47,797 bases of DNA from a virus. Of this stretch, positions 1 to 8,680 are shown one piece after another. Each line of letters begins with the position of its first letter. Position 1 is the stretch's first letter. Under the pieces are notes generated by a model that saw nothing but the letters and a program-made list of their open reading frames with translations, searched no databases and was not told the origin of the DNA. Both the position numbers and the translations under genes were made by a program. The stretch is taken from positions 1-47,797 of the IMG/VR virus record IMGVR_UViG_3300045391_004734; one strand, 5' to 3'.

Positions 1-42
1 ATAAATCCTTTACAAGATTTAAAGATGTTGAAGAAGTCCCAG
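1..42. repeat. terminal overlap identical to 47756-47797 (circular closure of the assembly)
   Basis: 42 nt ATAAATCCTTTACAAGATTTAAAGATGTTGAAGAAGTCCCAG read at both window ends. Confidence 0.95.
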
Positions 43-1691
43 TTGAATCTACAAAACTGCAATTTGACCCGCAGACAGGTCGCACAGTTGAAGTACCTGA
101 AGTTGTAATGGAGGAGCGTGAAGTTTCACGAACTATCACAACTTTCGACGGACCCGTTCTTGAAAATGTAAAGGTCGAAGACTTACTTATTGTTGGAGGA
201 GAAGGTGATCCTCAAGCTGCTGATTATGTTATCCAACAGTTCTATTTAACTGCTTCAGAACTTTTAACCCTCTCTGATCAAGGTATCTTCGATGAAGACG
301 CGGTTGAAAAAGTTATTGAAGGTGGAAATAACTCTCCAAGCGGCGACCAGACAGGTAATATTAAAGAACGTCGGCTTGAACTTGCAGGTCAATCTGATGT
401 TACAAAATCAATTGAGTCTGATCGCTACCAAGTACTAGAAGCTCACTTACGGGCTGATGTTGACGGCTCTGGGATTGCTAGTGACATTATCGTTTGGATT
501 AATCCTGGTACTCATGAAATTTTACGAGCTACCTATCTTTATCGCGTAATGCCAACAGGCATGCGACCATTTATTAAAATAGATTTTCACAAACGACATG
601 GAACTACTTATGGCGTAGGACTAGTCGAGCTTCTATACCAACTAGGTAAGGAAATTGATGCTATCCACAACCTGAAGATGGACGTCGGCGTCCTGTCTTC
701 CTTACCGTTCGGCTTTTATCGCCCAACAAGCTCGACCCCTGAAGAGAGATTTGAGATTGAACCAGGCAGTTTAATCCCTCTTGATAACCCTGGTGCTGAC
801 GTCTACTTCCCTAATCTTGGGAATAGAACTGTTTTTGGAATGCAAGAAGAGCAAGTGCTCATGGGATATGTTCAACGTTTAACGAACATGTCTGACTTAT
901 CTCTTGGTATCATCGGTGCCCAAGGCGTTGCACGAACTGCCACGGGAGCCCGCACCGTTGTTAACGAAGCAAGTGCCAACATAGATATTTTTCTTCAACG
1001 ATTAAATGCTGGTTGGAAATCTGCACTTCGCTATTTGTGGCACACACTACAAAATAAAGTTCAAGCAGGCTTTGCTTTCCGAGTTGTAGGCCTAGACGGT
1101 TCTCCGAGTTACTACCATGTTAAATCTCGCGAAGAACTCGCAGGTATGTACGACTTCGAGTTAGATGGAAATTCTGCAAATAGTAATCCACAAACAAAGC
1201 AAGAAACAGCACAACTACTTTATCAGATGACAGCGAACCCGATTGATCTTCAACTTGGTTTGGTATCTCCGCTGGAGCGTTATGAAGCAATTAGAAATTA
1301 TCTTATCGTCATGGGAATCAAAGATGTTAGCCGTTATGTACGAAAGCCGAGCGAGATCACTCATAAGTTCACTCCTGTGGAAGTTTTTGATCGCTTGCTT
1401 AATGGCCTTGATGTTCCGCTTGATCCTCGCCAAGATCTTGAGGGAATTGTTGCATGGGGCACAGAGTTTTTATCAAATGATGAAACTGCCGGTCAAGTTG
1501 GTCCTCATGAAATGGCAGCAATAGCTGGTAAAGTAAAAGAAGCTGAGGCAATGCTTGCAGCTCTTCAACAAGCTCAGGCTCAACAAGCAAATATTGACCA
1601 GCAGAGTATAAATACCCAAGCAACGCAAACACCAGGACAGTTACAAAGTATTTCTCAGGCACCTCCTCCTCCTCCAGAAGGAGCTGCGTAA
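1..1691 (+). CDS. portal protein, C-terminal part (continues from 47212..47755 across the junction; 744 aa in total)
   Basis: frame open from base 3 to TAA 1689-1691 with no stop before the track ORF at 108; in phase with ATG 47212; large protein directly after terL. Confidence 0.75.
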   Translation, partial: KSFTRFKDVEEVPVESTKLQFDPQTGRTVEVPEVVMEEREVSRTITTFDGPVLENVKVEDLLIVGGEGDPQAADYVIQQFYLTASELLTLSDQGIFDEDAVEKVIEGGNNSPSGDQTGNIKERRLELAGQSDVTKSIESDRYQVLEAHLRADVDGSGIASDIIVWINPGTHEILRATYLYRVMPTGMRPFIKIDFHKRHGTTYGVGLVELLYQLGKEIDAIHNLKMDVGVLSSLPFGFYRPTSSTPEERFEIEPGSLIPLDNPGADVYFPNLGNRTVFGMQEEQVLMGYVQRLTNMSDLSLGIIGAQGVARTATGARTVVNEASANIDIFLQRLNAGWKSALRYLWHTLQNKVQAGFAFRVVGLDGSPSYYHVKSREELAGMYDFELDGNSANSNPQTKQETAQLLYQMTANPIDLQLGLVSPLERYEAIRNYLIVMGIKDVSRYVRKPSEITHKFTPVEVFDRLLNGLDVPLDPRQDLEGIVAWGTEFLSNDETAGQVGPHEMAAIAGKVKEAEAMLAALQQAQAQQANIDQQSINTQATQTPGQLQSISQAPPPPPEGAA

Positions 1692-2183
1692 GTGGATTCT
1701 AAAAAATGTACCTCCTGTTGTCAGGTTAAACCTGTAACGGATTTTCATGTACGAAATAAAGTCTCTAAGGATGGGACCAAAACTTACCAGTTTCCAGTGC
1801 CCAGGTGTAAACCTTGCCGTAATACACAAGTTAATAAACAGAAAAAAGAAAGATTGGAGCGAGGAGATCTCAACTGTCGGTTTTCTGTTGCAAGATCAAA
1901 TGCCAAAAGTTTGCGGAACTTGCAATGGACCTTAACCAAGGAACAATGGATCGAAATGCAGCATCAGGGGTGTTTTTATTGTGACTCAAGTCTTTTAAAT
2001 ATAATTACAGGCTCAGGATTAGATCGCATTGACAATTCTCAAGGATATACTCCCGAAAATACATTGCCCTGTTGTTATAGTTGTAATTCATTAAGAGGTG
2101 ATCGCTTAACTGTTGAAGAAACCGAAATAGCCGTTCAAGCAATCATTGCCTTTCGTAAGAAACCAAAACTAAAACTCGTATGA
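1692..2183 (+). CDS. HNH endonuclease
   Basis: GTG start abutting portal stop; Cys pairs (CTSCC, CKPC) and HNH-type core GCFYC..GLDRIDN..N..PCCYSCN; paralog at 17316-17705. Confidence 0.8.
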   Translation: MDSKKCTSCCQVKPVTDFHVRNKVSKDGTKTYQFPVPRCKPCRNTQVNKQKKERLERGDLNCRFSVARSNAKSLRNLQWTLTKEQWIEMQHQGCFYCDSSLLNIITGSGLDRIDNSQGYTPENTLPCCYSCNSLRGDRLTVEETEIAVQAIIAFRKKPKLKLV

Positions 2184-2455
2184 AAAATCTCACGCTTAAC
2201 ATTGAAGAACAAGACATTCTCCAAGTCATACTAAGTGACGGAAACTTTAAACCTCTTGAAAAGGTCTTACTTAACATCCTTGAGAACCATACTCACCGAA
2301 TGCGCACCTACAACCTCAAAGAAGGTTCCGAAGGACTTGTAATTTTAAAAGCTCAAAATGAAGGAGTCGACCACACCATAGTCGCTCTTAAAGCATGGAA
2401 AGAAAAACTAACTAACCCCGCGAAGGAGACAAATAAAAATGTCAGACGCAAATAA
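2180..2455 (+). CDS. hypothetical protein (91 aa)
   Basis: ATGA overlap with HNH stop; uninterrupted ORF in the late operon. Confidence 0.6.
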   Translation: MKNLTLNIEEQDILQVILSDGNFKPLEKVLLNILENHTHRMRTYNLKEGSEGLVILKAQNEGVDHTIVALKAWKEKLTNPAKETNKNVRRK

Positions 2456-3107
2456 TGCTGCACCAGCAGCAACACCAGCGCCGAATGAACTCGACGCAAA
2501 ACTAAGCGCTATTACTAAAGCGCTTGAAGAACAAAACGCAAGATCTGCCGGACTTGAAAATTCATTCCAGCAAATCCTAGCAATGAACCAAAAACCAGCC
2601 CCAAAAGAAGAGATAAGTCCTTATGACGCTGACTTCGGTGACAAGATAGCTAGAAAAGCCGCTGAAGAAGCATCACGTATTGCTGATGCAAAACTGGCCG
2701 CTGAACGAGCTCGTACTGCAACGTTAAACACAATTGCAATGGATTATCCTGAACTAGGAAATATTAATTCTGAATTCAGCAAAACCCTTGCATCAGAACA
2801 TACAAAGCTTGCAAAGCATCTCCAAGATACACCAGAAGGCTATCGCCTCGCTGCTCTTAGCGCCGCTGCAAACTTAGGAATTGTTCCTAAATCAAAACGT
2901 AAATCCACAGAAGACTTTTCCATGTCATCAAATGGATCTTCAGGTGCTAGTCCAAAACAAAGTTCAAAGAAAATTGAACTCACTGATATGGAACTAGGTG
3001 CTGCTGAATTACTCGGTCTTGATGTGAATGATCCAAAACAAGTTGAACGCTTAACAAAACGTAAAGCCGAACGCGGCGAAAAAGAAAACTGGCTTAAATA
3101 CCGCTAA
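2439..3107 (+). CDS. putative scaffolding protein
   Basis: AGGAG about 10 nt upstream of ATG; 222 aa, Ala/Lys/Glu-rich; located between portal and capsid genes. Confidence 0.5.
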   Translation: MSDANNAAPAATPAPNELDAKLSAITKALEEQNARSAGLENSFQQILAMNQKPAPKEEISPYDADFGDKIARKAAEEASRIADAKLAAERARTATLNTIAMDYPELGNINSEFSKTLASEHTKLAKHLQDTPEGYRLAALSAAANLGIVPKSKRKSTEDFSMSSNGSSGASPKQSSKKIELTDMELGAAELLGLDVNDPKQVERLTKRKAERGEKENWLKYR

Positions 3108-3119
3108 GGAAGGTAACAA

Positions 3120-3572
3120 ATGAAAAAAGGTTTAGAAGAAAAAAGTATAAAGACTGTAGTAAAAGACGAGAACTTTGATTCAATTGAGTTCTTTAAAAAC
3201 TCGGATTCACTAGCTCTTCCCAAAGAACTAAAAGAGCAAATCACCGCACAAGGTTATGTGTACCGTTGGTTAAACGAAGCAGATTTTCGTACTAACAACA
3301 TGTTACATAGATCTGGATGGCTCCCCTACAACACTAATACGCAGAAGTCCTCAAAGCTTCGTTCACAATCAGATGTTGAAGGTTTAATTCGTCGTGGAGA
3401 TCTAATTTTAGGTGTTCGCCCAGTGGAATTTAACAAAGCCCATGCAGATGCTGTTCGTATAAAGAATAAACGAATGCAAAATACCAGTGCTATAAAAGCT
3501 GATGAATTTCAAGAGTTTGCAAACCGCTCCGGTGTAAAAGCCAAAGTCTTTAAAGGTTACGACGAGAACTAA
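3120..3572 (+). CDS. hypothetical protein (150 aa)
   Basis: RBS AAGGAAGG upstream; ORF in the late operon. Confidence 0.6.
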   Translation: MKKGLEEKSIKTVVKDENFDSIEFFKNSDSLALPKELKEQITAQGYVYRWLNEADFRTNNMLHRSGWLPYNTNTQKSSKLRSQSDVEGLIRRGDLILGVRPVEFNKAHADAVRIKNKRMQNTSAIKADEFQEFANRSGVKAKVFKGYDEN

Positions 3573-3579
3573 TAACGTC

Positions 3580-3623
3580 GCTCCCTCCGCGATACTCAAC
3601 ACCCTCCGGTATACTTATATACC
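3580..3623 (+). promoter_or_regulatory. composite element: GCTCCCTCCGCGATACT - 11 nt - GGTATACTTATATACC (candidate late promoter/activator site)
   Basis: same 17-mer at 47156-47172 and a 15/17 copy at 45212-45228, each followed after exactly 11 nt by a GGTATA-N4-TATAxC palindrome. Confidence 0.55.
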
Positions 3624-3684
3624 AAGAGGCTATAGCTAGCATGGGGCTAGCTGAGCTTAGAGTAACGTGTAATAAGAGGAATAA

Positions 3685-4173
3685 ATGGCAAACAAAGATT
3701 TACCACGGGGAGCGGTACCCTACGGACGCATTCTAAGATGCCGTCCATATACAACCTCCGCAATTTGTTATCCAGGTGACGTCGTCATTCTAGATAACGC
3801 AGGACTAGTCGCTCCTGCATCAGCAGGAACAACTCCTGTTATTGGCGTAGCTGCCACTTACGCAGCTTCCGGCGCTGAAGTATTGGTTTGGGATGATCCA
3901 AACCAAATGTTTATGATTCAATCTGATGATGCAACAGATCCTGATGCTCAGACAGATGTTGGTCTTAACTACAATCTAGTCGCAACAGCAGGAAGTTCTA
4001 CTTATAAGGCTTCTCGAATGGAGCTTGATGGAAGCACCGGTGCTACTGATTCTAACCTTCCATTTCGCTTATTAGCAATTGAGCGAACTGTAGATAATGC
4101 TCTAGGTGGATATGCAGATTGCGTCGTCATTCTTAACAACCATCGTCTAAAACTTGGCACTGTTGGCTTATAA
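3685..4173 (+). CDS. virion protein, possible head decoration protein
   Basis: RBS AGAGGA; 162 aa Gly/Ala/Val-rich sequence immediately upstream of the major capsid gene; resembles DUF2190-type head proteins from memory only. Confidence 0.5.
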   Translation: MANKDLPRGAVPYGRILRCRPYTTSAICYPGDVVILDNAGLVAPASAGTTPVIGVAATYAASGAEVLVWDDPNQMFMIQSDDATDPDAQTDVGLNYNLVATAGSSTYKASRMELDGSTGATDSNLPFRLLAIERTVDNALGGYADCVVILNNHRLKLGTVGL

Positions 4174-4186
4174 GGGATATTAATAT

Positions 4187-5125
4187 ATGTCTAAACTATT
4201 AAGAAGTAATTTTAGTGATTTTTACGGAAGTGCAATGCTTCCTGCTTTGGAAGAAATTTTCCGAAGCTCAATGGAACAACATCCCTCTCGTCGCGACCAA
4301 ATTTTCGTAACGAAGAAAATTAATGGATCTATATGGCAAGCCACTGAAGTCCATGACATGCCTTTGTTCGAACAAATGTCGGAGAACCAAGACTATAGTA
4401 TGAACTCACCAAAACCAGGTGTAAGCAAAACTATCACTCCGGTGAAATACGGTTTAGGTTTTGCGATCTCTGAGGAAGCTGCAAGCGACGGCAAATTTGA
4501 TTTCATCGCAGATGCTATGAGAAAAATGGGCGAAAGCGCAAAAGAATCTCAAGAGATTTCAGCAATGAACATTCTTAACAACGGTTTCGGTTCTTCTGGC
4601 TTGTCTGCTGACGGTCAATACGTTTTTGACACTGACCACAGCCTTCCCTCTGGTGGAACTTTCTCTAACTTGTTAACAGCTGCCGATCTTTCTATTACGT
4701 CTTATGAGGCTGCTCTTTTAGCAATGGAAGTTAACTTCGTAGGTGATAGTGGTATTATCAAGAACTACAAAGGTGCAAACCTAGTTGTTCACCCAACCTT
4801 CAAACGTACTGCTAAAGAGTTATTGAATTCTGATCGTAAAGTTAATCCAACTTCTGACAACAGCGCTTCTAATGCCTACAACTCATTTAAAGATGAAGGC
4901 GTAGGAATTATATCTAGTCCACATATTAGTGACACTGACTCCTGGTTCTTACTTGCAAAACCGGAAGATACTGGTCTTCGCATCGTAGAACGTGAAGGAA
5001 TTGTTACTAAAGCTGGTGGAGCTGACGTCGGTTTCATCAACGATTCTATTCTCTATAAATCAAAATATAGAGAAGCAATTGCTGTAACTCATCCTTACGG
5101 CATCCTCGGCAACGCAGGCGCGTAA
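4187..5125 (+). CDS. major capsid protein
   Basis: 312 aa after the scaffold gene; followed by a strong hairpin; sequence resembles HK97-fold (Mu gpT-like) head proteins from memory. Confidence 0.75.
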   Translation: MSKLLRSNFSDFYGSAMLPALEEIFRSSMEQHPSRRDQIFVTKKINGSIWQATEVHDMPLFEQMSENQDYSMNSPKPGVSKTITPVKYGLGFAISEEAASDGKFDFIADAMRKMGESAKESQEISAMNILNNGFGSSGLSADGQYVFDTDHSLPSGGTFSNLLTAADLSITSYEAALLAMEVNFVGDSGIIKNYKGANLVVHPTFKRTAKELLNSDRKVNPTSDNSASNAYNSFKDEGVGIISSPHISDTDSWFLLAKPEDTGLRIVEREGIVTKAGGADVGFINDSILYKSKYREAIAVTHPYGILGNAGA

Positions 5126-5151
5126 TCCAAACTAGTTCTTAGGAACTCGAA

Positions 5152-5185
5152 AGAGGGAGGCTTTGTTCTCCCTCTCTGTCTTTAA
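5152..5185 (+). terminator. hairpin after the capsid gene (AGAGGGAG-8 nt-CTCCCTCT) followed by a T-rich tract
   Basis: 8-bp perfect stem 5152-5159/5168-5175, then CTGTCTTTAATTCTT. Confidence 0.55.
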
Positions 5186-5204
5186 TTCTTAAGGAGATTT
5201 TCTC

Positions 5205-5528
5205 ATGGCCCAAGGCTGGAAACTAACTACCCTCGCTCAAATAAATCTAACAAGCGCCGGCACTAGACAAGCAATTGCCGCAGGACCGGGACCTTATTCC
5301 CCTTGTGTAATTATCACGGCTGCTCACGGAAACTCAGGTAATATCTATGTTGGCGACTCTGCTGTAGCCTCCAATCGTTACGCTGCAGTTCTCGCTGCTA
5401 AATCTAGTTACGTTCTTACTGGCCCCATCATGGGCGGTTTTGAACAACTTATAGACCTAAGTACGATTTACATAGATGGTGCAACCACTAACGACGACGT
5501 TCAAGTAGCGTATTTCGAAAAACAATAA
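5205..5528 (+). CDS. hypothetical virion protein (107 aa)
   Basis: RBS AAGGAG; position between capsid and fiber genes. Confidence 0.6.
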   Translation: MAQGWKLTTLAQINLTSAGTRQAIAAGPGPYSPCVIITAAHGNSGNIYVGDSAVASNRYAAVLAAKSSYVLTGPIMGGFEQLIDLSTIYIDGATTNDDVQVAYFEKQ

Positions 5529-5537
5529 AGGTGAGCC

Positions 5538-5834
5538 ATGTCGAATGCGCGAGCCTCTAATGTTTGGGATGTAAACGCCACAGGCGCTCTTACGGCTGGT
5601 AAAGGTCAACGCGTAACTGGTGTTATCGTCACTTCGACAAATACTAACGCCTCTCTAATTTTAAAAGAATCAAACTCTGGCTCTGTTAAATTTCGTTGGG
5701 ACATCGCCGCCTCAAATACGTCGAACCATATATACCTTCTCGATACTCCAATATTTTTCTCTCAAGATATTTACGTTGCCACTCTTACAAATTGTGTTGC
5801 TCAGATAATTCTTGATCAAGGTTTAGGTGGTTAA
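5538..5834 (+). CDS. hypothetical virion protein (98 aa)
   Basis: RBS AAGGTGAG; tightly packed in the structural operon. Confidence 0.6.
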   Translation: MSNARASNVWDVNATGALTAGKGQRVTGVIVTSTNTNASLILKESNSGSVKFRWDIAASNTSNHIYLLDTPIFFSQDIYVATLTNCVAQIILDQGLGG

Positions 5835-8320
5835 TGGCTTACCAACTCTTAGATTTTAGTGATTTACTAGATTACTGTGTTGCTGAGCTTGGCCTACAAA
5901 GCTCAGATACAACAAGCATAGTAAAACTAAAACGTATCATGAACGCCTGTTACATGAATGAAGTAGTTCCATTTAAGCGATGGAAATGGCTTCAAGGCCA
6001 TACTAAGGTTGTTCATAAAGCGGTTTACCATACAGGTACTGCTAGCGTCTCAGGAAGTTCAACGTCAGTTACTCTATCTTCTGCTCCCGCATTGGGATTT
6101 GGTTCCTTTGCTGGGTATAACTTTGCTGTAGACGGCTTTGACGAAATTTATACAATATCTGCTCACACTGCAAATACGACGGCAATTACCCTTACATCAG
6201 AATATCAAAGCGCAACAGACTCTGCTGTCTCTTACAAAATTTGGAAAGACGTAATTAACTTACCAACCGATTGTCGTGAGACAGTAGAGCTCTGGCACAA
6301 TAGGGATCAAGGCCTTGGTGTAATGAAAACCATGGGTTGGCAAGATCTTCGTGAAGAAGTAGCTAATGACCCCCGCCTAGAAGGTTTTCCAGAATTTTAC
6401 AACACAATTGATTTTTATGACCCAACGAGTGGTGATGCAGAAACTGAATCGGATCGCTATCGTCAAGCTCGAATTTACCCCGCTATCACTCGGGAAAATG
6501 TCACCATCAACGTTGATTACATTAAAGAAGTAAGTCCTCTTAATTCTGATAGTGACGAGCCCTTAATGGCCATCGAAGAGCGTTTAGTTCTTTGCTATGG
6601 AACTCTCAAAACAGCATGGAGAACATTAAAGAGATCTGAATCAGATGCCCTGATCAATGAGAGATTGTTTAAAGAAACCCTAGCTCGAATGGCAGGTCAC
6701 ATTGAGGACTCATTTGACATTCCGCGCTTACAGCCAAGCACAAAGTATATTAGAGCCAGCCGTCAACGAATTGGTAGAGCAGCTATTCAATCAAGCTTTG
6801 GCGGCAACAGTGCAAACAATAGCGATATTACTTATCTTGAGAACATCACATTAAACGCTGGTCAAATCACCGGAAACTTTACTGTAAGTTCTGGGATTAC
6901 AGTTGATGGTAGAGACATTTCGGTTGATGGTGCTGATCTAGATGCACATATAGCTTCCACCGCGGCTCATGGTGCAACAGGAGCTGTAGTAGGTACCACA
7001 AATACTCAGACTCTAACTAATAAGTCTATTGATGCTGACACTAATACAATTACTAATATTGAAAATGCAGACATAAAAGCCGCGGCTGGAATAGTATATA
7101 GTAAACTAAACCTTGCTTCGTCTATTGTGAATACTGACGTAGCCGCCGCCGCAGCTATTGATGCGACAAAGATTGCCAACGGCAGTGTATCTAGTACTGA
7201 GTTTCAATACCTAGATGGGGTTACATCTGCCATTCAAACACAACTAGATGCTAAGCAACCGATTGACTCTGATCTTACTGCAGTAGCGGGTCTTTCTTCT
7301 AATGGAATTATAGCCCGTACTGGAACCGGAACGGCAAGCGTTAGAACAGTAACAGCAGGTTCTTCTAAGATTAGTGTAACAAATGGAGATGGGGTTTCAG
7401 GAAATCCTACTGTGGACGTAACAGAGGCAAATCTGTCTCACGCGAATATTGGTGGAGTTACACCAATAGCTGGCGGAGGTACGAATAATGGATCGTTAGC
7501 TGTAACTGCCGGTGGCGTTGTCGGAACTGATGGAAGCAAGCTTGTTAATTCAGGTGCTGGTACTTCAGGAATGCCTTTAAGATCTGCTGGCTCAGGAACT
7601 GCTGCTTTCGCGTTTGGTGTTTCTCAAGCTAAGACAGCTAACTATACAGCAGCTACGAACGACACATTAATTAAAGTAGATTCTAGTGGTGGAGCCTTTG
7701 ATATTACTCTGCCAACTGCTGTAGGCATAGACGGAAAAGAGTATGTAATCATCGCAACTGCTGTCGGCTCTAACGCTGGAGTTAGTTTAAAAACTACAAG
7801 CTCCCAAACAATAGGTGGCCTCGCCTCAGCGAATATCATTTTAAATACTGCGAAGGATTCTATTCGCGTCGTTAGTGATGGCGCCAATTGGCAAATTGCC
7901 AGTTGGGAAATCACCGTGGGAGCCTTTTACACTGGGCGACCCACTGGGACCATTGATGGTGCTACAGATAATATTTATCCAACTAAGGTTACTGACCCAA
8001 ATACAGATTATGCAACAGGGAGCGGAACTTATACAGCCCGATATGCAGGGAAATATACCATTAATATTATGGCGTCCATTGCCGTAACAACGGGAAGTTT
8101 TACCTCTGTTACTTTACGCAAAAATGGTTCCAATATTTATTCCAAAACATTCCCATGGTCAGCAACTCTCACCAACAATCTCCCCGCCACCATGGACCTC
8201 AACCAGGTTGCCTTGGCAGCAGGCGATACCCTAACGATTCGCTTTGGGGGCAATGGCAGCCCGACTTTCGAAAACACCGCCTCAGTCCACTGGTTATGTG
8301 TCACAAGGACAGGAAACTAA
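5834..8320 (+). CDS. tail fiber protein
   Basis: 828 aa; TAATG coupling; shaft motif IDATKIANGSVSSTEFQYLDGVTSAIQTQLDAKQ common in phage fibers; C-terminal jelly-roll-like domain. Confidence 0.75.
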   Translation: MAYQLLDFSDLLDYCVAELGLQSSDTTSIVKLKRIMNACYMNEVVPFKRWKWLQGHTKVVHKAVYHTGTASVSGSSTSVTLSSAPALGFGSFAGYNFAVDGFDEIYTISAHTANTTAITLTSEYQSATDSAVSYKIWKDVINLPTDCRETVELWHNRDQGLGVMKTMGWQDLREEVANDPRLEGFPEFYNTIDFYDPTSGDAETESDRYRQARIYPAITRENVTINVDYIKEVSPLNSDSDEPLMAIEERLVLCYGTLKTAWRTLKRSESDALINERLFKETLARMAGHIEDSFDIPRLQPSTKYIRASRQRIGRAAIQSSFGGNSANNSDITYLENITLNAGQITGNFTVSSGITVDGRDISVDGADLDAHIASTAAHGATGAVVGTTNTQTLTNKSIDADTNTITNIENADIKAAAGIVYSKLNLASSIVNTDVAAAAAIDATKIANGSVSSTEFQYLDGVTSAIQTQLDAKQPIDSDLTAVAGLSSNGIIARTGTGTASVRTVTAGSSKISVTNGDGVSGNPTVDVTEANLSHANIGGVTPIAGGGTNNGSLAVTAGGVVGTDGSKLVNSGAGTSGMPLRSAGSGTAAFAFGVSQAKTANYTAATNDTLIKVDSSGGAFDITLPTAVGIDGKEYVIIATAVGSNAGVSLKTTSSQTIGGLASANIILNTAKDSIRVVSDGANWQIASWEITVGAFYTGRPTGTIDGATDNIYPTKVTDPNTDYATGSGTYTARYAGKYTINIMASIAVTTGSFTSVTLRKNGSNIYSKTFPWSATLTNNLPATMDLNQVALAAGDTLTIRFGGNGSPTFENTASVHWLCVTRTGN

Positions 8321-8321
8321 A

Positions 8322-8678
8322 ATGCTCGATTACCTAAAATTTTGGACATGGTTTAAGAAAAACCCCGATCAACAAGCTTCCGTCGAAGCCACTGTTGCAG
8401 AACAACCAGCACTAGGACCTGATGACGTTGAACTCCAAAAAGAACTAGAACGTCGTCAAGCCTTCGTTGCCATTGATGACGGACAAGATCGTACTTCTGA
8501 ATGCTTTGACTACCATAAGGGAATTTTCTCTACATGGATGGGCGATGTAATTGAGAACTATAAACTCTTTTGTGGCAAAGGCTTAAAGCCAATGCGTACC
8601 GCAGATCTTGAAATCGCGCAAACCAATCTAGCAAATATCCTCTCTGAGATCTCTCAAGAACTAGATTCTAGGAATTAA
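8322..8678 (+). CDS. hypothetical protein (118 aa), possible fiber assembly factor
   Basis: ATG 1 nt after the fiber stop; the track ORF start 8244 overlaps the fiber gene and is unlikely. Confidence 0.5.
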   Translation: MLDYLKFWTWFKKNPDQQASVEATVAEQPALGPDDVELQKELERRQAFVAIDDGQDRTSECFDYHKGIFSTWMGDVIENYKLFCGKGLKPMRTADLEIAQTNLANILSEISQELDSRN

Positions 8679-8680
8679 AA

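Noticed and set aside
8244-8321. Upstream extension of the 8322-8678 gene given by the track (start 8244)
   Set aside because: It would overlap the fiber gene by 77 nt. ATG 8322 sits 1 nt after the fiber stop and gives a compact arrangement.
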